NCBI GenBank assembly: GCA_000934665.2
Contig: KZ538020.1
Span: forward strand, 1-64,000
Source: Catajapyx aquilonaris
Lineage: Eukaryota
Direction: 5' to 3'
DNA length: 64,000 nucleotides
Below, piece after piece: positions 1 to 12,740 of this stretch; positions within the stretch are counted from its first letter, which is position 1; every line of letters starts with the position of its first letter. A model generated the notes under the pieces. The model saw nothing but the letters and a program-made list of their open reading frames with translations, was not told where the DNA came from and searched no databases. A program made the position numbers and the translations under genes.

Positions 1-299
1 GCTTGGGAGCCTACTAGAGGAGGGAGGAGGAGGGGGGGGGCTCCAATGGCACAGGGGGAGGGCTTCGGAGGGAGAAAATGATGAGGGGAGGTTTAAGGCA
101 AAGGAGAGTGGGGGAAAAGCGTGTATGTGCAGCCCCTTTGGTCACTTGCACTCTTAATGCCCATCAAAAATTCAGCACTGGGCCCAACTACCGCGCCCTT
201 GCCATTCATTCCCCTATACAAAAATTCAAAGAGCCATATAAGGTCAGAAGAAAGAAAATTTAGAGCGCATTAAAATATGCACAAACCATAAATAATTTT

Positions 300-715
300 A
301 TTCACATTTGATCGCCCTTATTTACTTGGAACAAGTAAATATAGTTTATCAAAATATGAATTTTTGGGAAGATAATTTTTTCATATTTTATCAAAATACA
401 GTCTTCCAAAAAAGTTTGATCACCTTCAAGTAAATAAAAATATGAAACATTTTCCACCCATAAATTCATATTTTGATCTCCTTATATACTGTACTTGAAG
501 GTGATCAAAATAATGAATTTTTGGAATACTGTATATGAGAAAAAAATAAGGTGATCAAAATATGAATTTCTGGATGGCTAATTTTCCCTATTTGATCACC
601 TTATTTACTTGGAGCAAGTAAATAAGATGATGAAATTTGACAAAAATTATCTACGCAAAAATTCATATTTTGATCACCTTATTTACTTGAAGGTGATCAA
701 AATAATGAATTTTTG
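300..715. repeat. AT-rich degenerate array of palindromic modules (foldback/MITE-like remnant)
   Basis: TTTGATCACCTT and AAGGTGATCAAAAT(A)ATGAATTTT recur in both orientations, e.g. hairpins at about 462-520 and 657-714. Confidence 0.7.
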
Positions 716-3300
716 AGTGGACAGGGTGTGGCAGAACATGAAGCTGGAGCAGATGAGTTCTTGTCTCATCCTCGTGCTTGCCGCCGTTATTAGTCTTATT
801 ACTCCTCCATTCCCACATCCCGATATGAGGGGATTTTGAAGCGTGCCCTCCCCCCCCCTCCCCCCACCTACCCGCCCGCCCACCCGCCCGCATCACCCTC
901 CTCGCTTTGCTCGCCCGAAATAATTGCATTCCCCGCTCCGATGGCAAATAATTAAGATTCACTCGATGCAGTGTAATTAGTAACGTAAACAAATTTATTG
1001 GACAGAAGGCCCATTTTCTCTTTGGGTTCAATGATGGGGGCTTCCAGCCCCTACTCCCCCCNAAGGGGGTTATGCCCCCCCCCCTCCCCAACTCCCGAAT
1101 TTTTCGATACTATCGACTCTGCTCTCCTAACCAAACCCAGGCCGGCGCGGCTCTAATTCGTTTAGGGAGGGAGTTCCAAATGAGCGCTGGCGTGGACACT
1201 GCTGCCTGCTGGTCCATGGGATGCTGCGTCTCCGACTTAACTTGCTGCAAATGCTTCAATGCAGTTTGCATTGATTCCTACTGAGGAGGGGTCAGAAATA
1301 AACCTCCAGCAAAATTTAAGCTGGGGAAATATAAGATTCAGGTCATATGTGAGGACGACATGCAATATCGATTTACCATTCTGACAGTTATCTTAAAATA
1401 TTTTGTTCCCCCTACTCTTTATGATACCCATTGTTCTTATTATTCAGCAAGTGAGCTTTAGGGAGCGGTAGTCTCTAGAGAGTAAGAAGCACAAGTGGCG
1501 GCGAGGCAGCAAAAGCACAAGAGCCCGATATAAAAGCCAGGGCGATGCCAATAACAGAATGTAATAAAACGCCATGCAGCAATAATACAGTGGGGAGCCT
1601 GCCTCTTCTCTTCTTCCTTTTTTTGTATTATTATTTTTCTCTTCTTGTACTTGTTTCTTGAGACGGCCTTCTCAGTGTTTTGTTTGTGGCTGGACACTGA
1701 GGTGGGAGATTTTCCACAGAAGAGAGAAGAGCTTTTCCTCCATTGTTCTGTTTGGAAGGTCCCAAGTAGCTTTTGGCACGTCGGTAAATTCCGTTTCCTT
1801 AAGAAGTAATAGCCCAAGTTCCTTCAAAACACTATAACATACATACGACGTTTTTTAAAAATCCAATGTACCCAATAAAACCCAATAAAAAATTAATTGA
1901 AATGACAAGCACTCTTATTATAGTGTGGGGGTATTGTCACAACGATGAAATGTACACCTTAGACAAAAAAAGCCGATCTTCCCAATCGAACCGGATTTGA
2001 TCACATGCACCAATCACATCAAGAGGCGAGGAAAGCTGTGGGCTCGGGAAGGAAGGTCCGGAGGTTTGCCCACAGGTCATCAGCCTGCCTGAGTGATGGA
2101 TGCCCACCTCGCGTGAGGACTCTGATGAGCTGCTGCTCGCCGCCAGAACTTTGGGGAAGGGCACAGAAGGGTTTGGGAGTAGGTGGGTGGAGGGGGGTGA
2201 AATAGTAGTTGTCTGCAGTAAAGAGGTGACCGTGAGAAACATTTTTTTACACCCTGTCGCCTCGCACTTTATGATCCAAGCCGCATGCTTTGATTATCAC
2301 CTCTCTTCATTACAAGCCAGATTCGCTGACGCACCCTTTCAAATGATAATGCCTTCACAGGGTGTATCGAAATGTTGTTACATATCCATTTTTTTGTCAA
2401 CTCATACGACAGTGGACCATGCTGTGTCCTACCAAGCGAGATGAAACAGCCTGCATAAAAATACGCATCCGGAGAGTATTTCTTGGTCATGAAGTGTAGC
2501 AACGGTCCCAAAAATGGTGAGAAAGTGCGGGGGCAAATCCACAGTGTTCACCGAGAGAGAGAATACAAGCATGCTGGTAGGGGGGGTAGGGGTAGAAAGG
2601 GGAGAGGGGGAAGGGGAAAAAGTCAGGTCCGGTGGGACAGATGCGGATTTTTACATCCGGAACGTGTTCCATGTACGAGTTGTTGGTGCAAGTGCGTGAT
2701 TACAGACAAAGTGGAGTGACACGAGTGCCATTTTTTTCGCAACCCCAGCAGCCCCCTCTGGTTTTTGCGCAGAAAAAGGGGCAGAGTCCGGCGAGGCCTG
2801 GCAACCTACCCAACCTGCTGTCCCCCGAGATGTCACCGCTCTTCCGCCATCGTCCACTCGGATAATTTTCATAGTCAGGTGTTGACCAAAGCGTTCAGTC
2901 AGAAACTAAACTCGTGTGAGAAGCTGGGACTGAATGCAGCTGTGGGCCCCTGTGCAGTCCAGGCCTCCCCTCTAAACTTGTGAGCGTGCGTCCGTGTGTG
3001 TGTGTCTATGTGCATGTGTGTGGATATGAGAGAGAGAGCTGGATGTTGCTGGATTTACTGTAGAGAGCAAGAGCCAGAGCTGCACACAAAAAAAAGTCAA
3101 AGCAATTAGAGAGCCCATCATACAAACGCCCTCTTATTTGCTTCTGCAACCATTGTATAAAGCTACAAGCCATCATCCAGCAGGGAATGACGCTGCCAGA
3201 TGTTCTCAAACATGACCCCGCAGGGAGTTCCAAGATGAAATTCTAGAAAAGCCGAATTAAACAAATGGCGCGAAAAATTATAATCAACGGACATCATTAG

Positions 3301-3388
3301 GGGACAAGCAATTTAGCCGCAACTGTACAAAATCAGAAATATTCACTGATAATACGCTTGTACGGTTGCGGCTAAATTAATTGTCCTC
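3301..3388. repeat. Short imperfect inverted repeat (MITE-like hairpin)
   Basis: ggacaagcaatttagccgcaactgtacaa (3302-3330) pairs with ttgtacggttgcggctaaattaattgtcc (3358-3386). Confidence 0.7.
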
Positions 3389-4972
3389 CTGCATAAATAT
3401 TTACACACCTTTACACCTTCACACCTTCACACCTTCACACCATGGTGCATAATTTTATCCAGTACATTCCCCCTATATTTATGCAGTAAAGAGTGTAATA
3501 ATGCACATACCAAGTTTATGAGTGATACCTGTTTGTTGCCCAACTTTGGATGGATGGACCATGCCGGCAAGTTTGTCTCTCGAGACTCATTAATAGGACT
3601 CGTGCATCTAGGGAGAAACTTTTCCAGCTAAATCATGCCTGCTTATCGCGCAACTTGCACATTCCTTTGCGACTTTTTACTTGCCGCCTCCAAACAGATA
3701 TGGTGTTCTGGGACCTAAATCACTTTAGAGGGCCTTGCAAGCCTGTTGCGTTAATATTATATAGCAATGTTATAATATTTTTTTTTTGTAACTACTGCAC
3801 CCATAGAACAATTAATATTACATTGGGTCGAGAATAGTAAGTAGTATTTTTAGGATTCCCGTGGGTAAAATATGGCCTCAGTTTATTTTTTTTCAATGTT
3901 CCTATGTTAGTGAACTGTAGGTATATGCAGGCCAGCAGCACATGCCTTCGGATCATGGGAAGCGGGATTTAGAAGGCTCTAGGACAAATTATATGAGGGC
4001 AAGGCCAGCTCTTGAGTGGCTAATCCAATCTTTACTGCCGTTTATCTCCGGATTAAGTCCCTCAACTACCTATTAGAAGTCCTGCCTGTGTTTATCTGGG
4101 CCTGCGAAATCCCCGGCGTTATTTTCAGGAGCATTTGTTAGCTGCGGCTTTCAATATTTTAGGCGGGATTTGTACGTGTTGGGCCCCACATTATTCTGGG
4201 ATCTTTGCATGTATAGTCTATAGGCGGGACCTTCCCACCCCGGTGCATATAGGCATGGTTTATATGCCGGGTAGTTCCAAAGGCGCCGGCGCCATCCAAT
4301 GATTGTTGTCCAAACAAGAGGTGGAGGAATTCCCGGAGGGCTCCGCATATGTGTGGAGTATGCTGTATAATATTAAACATGTGAGTGTGGGTGTGTGGTG
4401 TGGGTCCAGAGAACACGCATGTGTGCCCTTCCCGTGGTGCTTTGCCTGCGGTGGTCCGGCCCAACTTTGTCTTTCGGCAGTCCTGCGGGCCCCTTAGGCC
4501 TAGTTCCTCTCTCTGTGCCGCTGCCGACAGCAAACAACCAGCATGTGGACACAGCCTCTATCTCCCGGCCTCCTTTTTGCACCATCTGCCTACACTGGCT
4601 ATTTCGCATCACCCTGTAATGTAGCATCCATATAGCACGCACTAGCTATCCATCCCATTTGGGCTGCTGCTGGAAGCCTCTCCATGGGATTGGGGGCGCG
4701 ACCGCAGCAAGAAGCTTCGGATCGGAAATTGCTGCAGGAATGGCCAGATGGAAAAGCATCGGTTCACGATTTGCCACCACTTATCGAACAGCGGCACACC
4801 GATCATTAGGCCGCCGAACGTGGGCTGCCTGCGGGCACTTGTAGGGGCAGCCGTCAAAATGTGCTAGCTTCCGGCGCAAGTCACGCATCGTTCCGAACTC
4901 CAATCGAATCCGTGATACTCGTCAGGTTCGGAAGGGGTGTTATTATATGAATTGCCAGCCTATACGCGCCCA

Positions 4973-5050
4973 ATAGGTGTCGCCACTGTAGGCATACATA
5001 CAGTGGCGACACCTATCTATAAAGCGTGTGTGGCGACATCTATCTATAAA
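4973..5050. repeat. Perfect 18-bp hairpin plus direct repeat of GTGGCGACAYCTATCTATAAA
   Basis: ataggtgtcgccactgta (4973-4990) / tacagtggcgacacctat (4999-5016); 21-bp direct repeat at 5003 and 5030 with one mismatch. Confidence 0.8.
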
Positions 5051-7534
5051 AATAATCATATTTTGCGAGAGATGTCGAAAAATGGTGGGGGTATATATTT
5101 GGGGTAAAACCCGGAAATCAGGGCGGAGGAAGTGTGATCCGGGTGGTATTAGGGAGCAGAGATTGGGCGCAGAAAAGGGAGGCGAGGTCGGCGGAGTTGC
5201 GGCCAGGTCGGAAGCCCCAGAAAACCTCGGCCAACCGCCGCCACAGGCCCAAGTGATCACACTCTAAGCCGCTTTCTATTGCCCGGGATTTCGCCTCTAG
5301 GATCATATAGTTGCTATGGGCTATAGGATCTACGCATATGCCCCCGCGATTGCGTTATAGGTAGGCGGTGTTCGAGGGTTGTCATCAGCCCCAGAAACGC
5401 CTTCACCTTTCTATTTCCTGATTACGTGACAATTACCACGCACGTACCTTACCACTCGGCGAACAACCTCCCATGAAAAAAGAACGGCGAACACCTCCCA
5501 TGCAAGGAATCAATTCCACAACTCACCTGCAAACGAATAAAGGAAACAATTAGTCACTTCCACCTACAACATCATGACACTTTTCAATAACAATCATTGC
5601 CAGCAGAGGCCTCCACGTGAGAATAGTTCAGATATTAATCCTAACGATTATCAAGATGGGTCGACAAAAGAGGAGGTGCCCGCGGGCGGTGTATGCAAAT
5701 GGCGAAGGTAGTTGCGGAGGAAATTGGCAAAGACTTTGGCGTTGATGGGCGCTTGTTTACGAGCCATCATGCCAACGATCGCCCGACGGCGCTGAAAAAT
5801 TGAAAGGCTTTCTATATGCGGGCTTGGGGGAGTCCTCATTTGACTGGAAGGAGGCGATCCCGAGGGCTCTCCGAATTGTACTTTTCGCCGGGACAGCCTC
5901 CGGTTCCGTGTTTATTGAATGGGACATCAAATGCCGCCACAGCCAGCTTTATGCCGCGCGCCTCTCTCTCGGCCGCTGCCTTTCCATAAGAATGGAAATG
6001 GTCGCTAGGTCTGAAAGCAACGAGCCGTCGCCGCATCCTCCAGCACACGCATATATACAAAGCGGCTCCCCCGGTCCAATTGGACCTAGGGGCGTATATT
6101 TCCCAGCAACAAGGAAATTCTGACACCCTACATTAATTACGCCTGCCCCGGACGTTGCCCATTGCGTTATTTCATTTAACCCCCCCTCGTTATACAGATG
6201 TTTACCTATTGCTAACTGGAAGGAAAAATGTGTATCTAAGGATAGAACCAGCATTACCTCAAACAGGTTGTCTTAAGCTGATTATTGCAGGCCCCCGATT
6301 GGTGTCCGTATCAGTAATACCGTCGGGGTCGAAGGGTCAACGTGACGCGGTTCCTTCATCGAGCAGGGAGGTCAGCCTGGCATCCTAACGAGCCTCCTTG
6401 ATCGCCAGACGACACCCGATCCCCTTCGCCCGGTAATTAGTTTCCTTCAAAGCCACCCGCCACCATCGGTATCGTCTTCTTGTCCTACCCCCCCAATGTC
6501 TCTAATCTAATCTGGCCCGTGTCACTTAGGGACGGGGGAGTTATGGACAAATAGTGTAATCGGAAGCGCCTCTTCCGTCTCTATAGTATATATACCGCCG
6601 TGAAAATCTGACCAAACTCCAATTACCATTCACCTTGTCGTACATCATTAGGGAATACCTACACAGCATGCGAATCCATAAAGACAGCCAGTGTGAACAG
6701 TACCGAATTACAGAATTTCGAAAGGATATTTCAGCGGATACAGGAAAAACTGGTCCTAAACTGGCTCGAATTATCAGCCAATGTGAAGCGCTCTACCGAC
6801 CACACCAAAGTTAACTGGAATAAGCTGAAGGAATAATTACGGACCGTCCATGTATTGGAAGGCTTAAGCCCACTCCAGTACAGAACAATTTCCATTATTA
6901 TTCTGCAAAAAGGGGATGATTGCGGTCAGATATCGGCACTATCCCCTTTACCAAATTCTACGCTCTTTCGAAATAACTGATACAAAGTTTTCCCCCCCGT
7001 TTTTTTCTGTACCAACCTAAATGAAAATCTAGCTCTCTTCATGAAAAGCCAACGACAAGGCTAGATATAATGACATGATGACAACATTATCGCACCCCGA
7101 GTGAATCAGCCCCCATGAAAGATTTACACGGATGGCCTACGTATGGCAGCATATATGGTGGGGGGGACCAGCTCCCAGGGCCAGAGCGTGTGTGGTCGGT
7201 GCACCAGCTTGGTCCCGAGTGTACTTGAAATGTAGCTGCCTCGTACGTCGCTCATAGATAACCCGATAGAAATCTCCAATGGCGATTCGCGGCTCAAAAA
7301 TAATATAATGACTGGCTAATTAGCGGACTATAAATCCTTCCGGAGAGGACGACAGCCTACTATTATGCTCCCAGCTGCTATTGACAGCGCGGAGGAAAAG
7401 GCCCTATTATCTGCTGACAGCTCCAATTGCCACTCCTATCGGAAGCTGCGGTCCAGGAGGGCACTTTGCCTTCACTAGAGGTCAGCCGAGTCGATCTATA
7501 GGCTTGGAGTTAAGTCATTCCCGCCCTGTACGCA

Positions 7535-7628
7535 CTGTACGCGAAGGCTCATGTTGTACGCGAAGGTTCATGCTGTACGCGAAGGCTCATGCTGTACGCG
7601 AAGGCTCATGCTGTACCCAAAGGCTCAC
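7535..7628. repeat. 19-bp minisatellite, about 5 copies
   Basis: Unit ctgtacgcgaaggctcatg repeated at 7535, 7554, 7573, 7592 and 7611 (last copy degenerate). Confidence 0.9.
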
Positions 7629-8704
7629 AATTCAGAAGATGAAGTTCACGCAGTTTGTCCATAATGATCCAACATATTAAATTCGCAAAAATTTTCCATA
7701 AATTTTATTTTTTTTCATTTTGATAATATTTGCCCCTATATATGTACTGGACAGTTTTTCCTTACTATCCAAGTACCCCCTTCATGTCGCTTCCTTGATG
7801 CGCCTGCTTGCCTACTAAGCTCTCCTAGCAAAGACGGAAAAAGTGTAGGCGCTAATTAGGAAATTGATGCGGGCATCGTCGTCCTGGTGCAATCGGCGAC
7901 GGGACCTGCTTGCAACTTGGCCTAATTAGCACGCAAACTCTGGATGCCACCTCCCCTCCCGTTCCCTTACCCCCTTACCGAAAATCCTTTGGTCCCACCC
8001 TTATGCCGTCTTCAGCAACCCCCGGCTGTGCAGGACGTAATGACACTCCAGCGGTATATCGCACATGTCGCTCGGTCACTCGTGTCTAGTTCAATATCTT
8101 TGGATTTGAAATCCCCCGACTATATTCTGGAGCCGCTAATGAGAGGGGAAAGGGACGGAGACAGAGAGAGGAAATAAAGCAGGGATATGTCGGAAACAGT
8201 TGCCAAGATCAAAGGGTGTGTCTACTTCTTCAGGGGAGGAAATTCTCGGCATCTGTTGGTCTAATACAACTCCCAGGCTGTTTCCCTCGCTAGAAATCAT
8301 CTGGCCCAGGAGAAAAGGAAGAAAGGGGAGGAGGAGGAGGAGCAGGAGGAGGAAAAAAAAAAGGGCCGGGTTGGGTGGGAGGAGGAGGAGGAGGAGGCTA
8401 AATGAACACTCTAATGGTCAAGGAGATCATCAGAATCGCATTACCAGCTCAAAATCAGTCAGGCACGCTAAAGGTTCATCGTTCAAAGAAGAGAGGGAAA
8501 CAAGCGGAGGCAGCAGCGACAAAGACGACTAACAACGGTGTGAGCCCAATTTTTTTTTGTTGGATCCGACCTTTCATCTTCAAATCGCTTGAAGCCATGT
8601 ATTAGTCCCGCTTCTAAAATCGAATTGGCTGTATTTTTTAATTGTTCCAATACTGTAGCTGAACATGAGGATGGATCATGTAATGTGTAGCCCGAGGCGT
8701 AGAC

Positions 8705-9400
8705 CATTATAAATAATAATAATAATAATAAAATATTCGTTAAATATTCGACTATTGCATTGGAATCATAGTCGAATATTTCAGGAACATTTAGGCTATA
8801 TGTAGCATATTTAAATAATTATAATTTAATTACTATTTGCTATTTATTATTTTATATTATCCCTTTTTATTTTATAACTTTATTTTATTACTATCGTTTT
8901 CTTAATTTATTACTATCATTTTTGTTTTTATTACTATTGTTTTATTATCATGGTGCTATCATTTAATTATAATTATGTAGCAATAATTTAATTATTGTTT
9001 TATTGCTATCATTTAATTATCATTTTATTGCTATCATTTATTATCATTTTATTGCTATCATTTATTATCATTTTATTGCTATCATTTATTATCATTTAGT
9101 AATTATTTACTATCATTTAGCTATTTTATTATCATTTAGTAATTATTTTATTACAACTAATTACAATTATTATTAATGGTGGTAATAAATAACTTTTAAT
9201 GAATAATTATTTATTAATCAATGATATTAGTAATAAAATAACTTTTAATGGATAATTATTAATTAATCAATGATATTAGTAATAAAATAACTTTAATGAA
9301 TAATTATTAATTAATGGTATTAGTAATAAAATAATAACATGATTACCAAATTATTATTACTACTATTAATTAATTAATTAACTCAATTGTTATTTATGGT
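8705..9400. repeat. Extremely AT-rich low-complexity tract
   Basis: Degenerate TTA/ATT repeats with local tandem units such as ttattgctatcatttattatcatt and aataattattaattaatcaatgatattagtaataaaataact. Confidence 0.9.
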
Positions 9401-10264
9401 TAAGTGTCATATTGGATGGTTTTAAAACGTCCACAGGCGCGCGCAATATTATATATTGGCCGAGAAAAAAAAAACGTACGTTAAGAACGTTAAAAACGCA
9501 GCGTTCTTTACGTCCAACTGGTCGCAACTGTTACACGCGTCGGATACAATCATAAAGAGCCGCCGAATGATCCACTGTCAAGACACGTTTCGATTGAGAT
9601 CTACCAGAGTGTATGTACCTGTGGTGATGGGCCAAGAAGTGCAGAAGCATCGAGAGGGCCCCCCCTGCGCAGGGGGGACTCCGGTATATCGAAGGTCTGT
9701 TGTCCCGATGCATCTTTCAACAGCGGGCGTTTGACAAGCCGTCTGGCTCACCTTTCTCCCCCGCCCGCTGCTGATAAACCTGTAAACACTTTTTCAGCTG
9801 TCAGCCGCGCCTTTTGATGGATGTGGCCAGCCCCCCCACCACCCTAGACCAAATTCCGCCCAGTCACGGTCCCTAATTGCCGGGACACCACTACCCAATG
9901 TGCATCTACCACCTTCCAGGTTAAAGGTCAAATGCGAAAAAAATACTGAAACGACGGGGGAGAGCATTGTCTTGCGAAATACGGTGCGACGTTTATATGC
10001 TATTATATGGGGCAAATATTGTCCGATAATGCGACAATTAGCTAGACAATTAGGGGAGTCAATGATCGCTTCGCGGTGGTTATGCCAATGAAGCGTGGAT
10101 TCGAATGCGATTCGAATGGGGGCTGAAACACCCTCAATTTCGACGTAAATCAGTGGAAAAATTTGCATTTTACACTTATTAGAATGTATTTAAATTTCGC
10201 TTAATTACGTTTCCCCTTAGGTCCTGGCTGATTTTTTTCTTTCCAAAAATTGTTAATCGAATTG

Positions 10265-10404
10265 CTTTTATTTTAATATTTTTTATTTTTTATTTATTAT
10301 TATTTCATACCCCGTGCTAGAGCCTTTGGCTCCCTTAGGGGGGTGGATTACCACCATTGGATGGGACCAGGGATAGGGAAGAAAGGAAGCGGCTGTGGCC
10401 TATT
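10265..10404 (-). mobile_element. 3' fragment of SINE family A with A-rich tail
   Basis: taggggggtggattaccaccattggatgggaccagggatagggaagaaaggaagcggctgtggcctatt is closely similar to 26333-26401; preceded on the + strand by a T-rich tract (A-rich tail on the minus strand). Confidence 0.8.
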
Positions 10405-10449
10405 TTATTTTAATATTTTTGTTATATGCGTGGAAGATCGTGCAGTTTA

Positions 10450-10450
<1 letters not shown>

Positions 10451-10516
<66 letters not shown>
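10451..10516. repeat. (ATT)22 microsatellite
   Basis: Uninterrupted trinucleotide run. Confidence 0.97.
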
Positions 10517-10517
<1 letters not shown>

Positions 10518-12647
10518 GAGTATATTGTGTAAATAATTGTTCATGATTTATAACGTTTTTTATATATTTTATATAACATCATTTTATTGGTTCTACCTGG
10601 CTGGCCACCTATTGTAGAGAAACGTGATGTTTTTTTTTTCTATACTTTATTTTATAAATGGCTAATCCTTTCGTCTATTCTATGTGTCAATAGAAAAATC
10701 TTTCAGTTCATCCTTCCACTTCAATAGGTGCTCAATTTTTTCCACTCGACAAATTCTAAGAGTGTAGGGGCAGGACAACGTCTGACACACCTTGAAAGTC
10801 ACCAAGTGCAATAATTTTCACACGCAAATTAGTGAAAGCATGACTTGACATTCGGACAACAGACGTACTATTGAGGGGCATTGGGAGGAGATGCAGTCAA
10901 GAGGCCTCCCAAGCAGCAGCTTGTCCTCAATTGGCCCGCATTTGTCTGGCCACAATTTTCCAACGCTCTTCGTCTAATAAACCCCACTTGTGTACTTCCT
11001 TTCCCATGACTGGCACCCAGCATCCTTCAGAAAAGATACAGTCAAGAAGAAAGCGATTGATTGATCGACTCTTGGTTGCAAGGCTGCAATTACATTCTGG
11101 CACTGCATATCTTTCTCTAAGACAGAGGGCGTGGGCAACAGGATGAAATGACCAATATGAGTAATTAGGCGGCTAATGACCTGGATCGGGACGCCGTAAA
11201 TCGAGACGAGGTGCTGGCAACGGCGCCACCTGACACACTCTAATACCTTTCTCACGCTCCCTACATTTTTTTCCCTTCCTATCCTCAGGTATTCCCTCAC
11301 CTGTTCACAAAAGGGAGGTCAAGTGGACCCCAGCCAGCATCCCCCTAAGGAACCTCCTGTGACAATGGGAACTCCAAGTGGAAACAGTGCACTCGACCAA
11401 CACTTGGACCACGCCCAACTATTTATTAGGCCCCCACTCGCGCTCGGAAAAATTTTCAGGACACTTGAAACCAAAATGCCAGTTGTATCTAAGCTGAATT
11501 TTTAGTTTGCATTCCCCCCCAAAAAAGTCGTGGGAAATGCCCCCCCCCCCCACCANCCCAAACTAAAATTTGCAACAACGAAATAGTAGCAGCTGGACAA
11601 CACAAAAAAAATATATTCCCCCTCAAAAAAGTAGGAGGTTAAATGAGAGGAGCTTCTGGATCGCGTCAACCGTGGGAGGCCCTTAAACTGTAAAGTGCTC
11701 CATAAAGCACCTTGGAATCCCGGGAAATTCGCACTTGGGATTGCGGCTGGGACGTTAATTTTCTGCGCGAGAAGGTGGACCGCAAGTTGGCCTCACTCTT
11801 TTTCCGGGGGAAAAAACTAAAGAAAAATGTGAGAAACCATTTTTTTTTGAGACAGCTGGTCAGATGCAAAGACTACAAAACCCACAAGGGTCGTGCTTGT
11901 AACTATCTGCATTACATAATATGAAATAAAGGTGTTTACAACGTATTTCACAATCGAGACTGGCCATTACTTGCCCTTAATGAATATTTTACGCTCCTAA
12001 TTTCCAGCATTTGGAACCCCCCTGGTTGGCAATTATGTTCCATGTGACAATCATTCTGATTTCAATACGGGCCCAGCATTTATACTGCTCCAAAACATGT
12101 CGTGGGGGTAAAAGCCACTCCTAGATATCTATTTTATGCACTTGCACTCAAAATTTTTGACCACAAAAAGGCGAGGGTCTTTCCCGGCAAACATCACTTT
12201 GCACTTTATCATCAAACAAAACCCCTGGAATAGGCCAGAGAGAGTCATTTCACAATACTGTACACTTTTTCTGCACCGGGTGGCAAAAAAGGTCTCTCCC
12301 CAACCCCCACCCCACCCCCTCACCCCAACATGGGTACAAAAAAAACCGTAGCCCCAGTTGTGTTTACGCTGGGTGAGAGAACAGAGCTTTGTGCGTGTCC
12401 CTACACGTGAATCAAGTGCAGTGGGCCGGCTCCACTTGCACACAAAGAAGGGACCGACCGTCTGTTGACTTGAACCCGCCACCTCACACAGGGTTAGTTG
12501 CAACTTGTGCCGTGGGTGGGAGGCACAAGTTTGTGGCAGCCACACGGACACAAGTCAGCTGACAAGGGCGCCAACTACAAATATCCAGAAAGTTTCGCAA
12601 TATACTATAACACTCCATTCCATAACACTGCAAACTGTTTACAATAA

Positions 12648-12740
12648 TTATTGGAACATGTAATTTTGTATTAAGTGTATCACCATCATTATGTAATACG
12701 GTGTAATTTTGTATTAATACACAATCACATGTTCCAATAA
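12648..12740. repeat. Short inverted repeat, MITE-like
   Basis: ttattggaacatgt at the left end pairs with acatgttccaataa at the right end; imperfect internal pairing. Confidence 0.6.
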
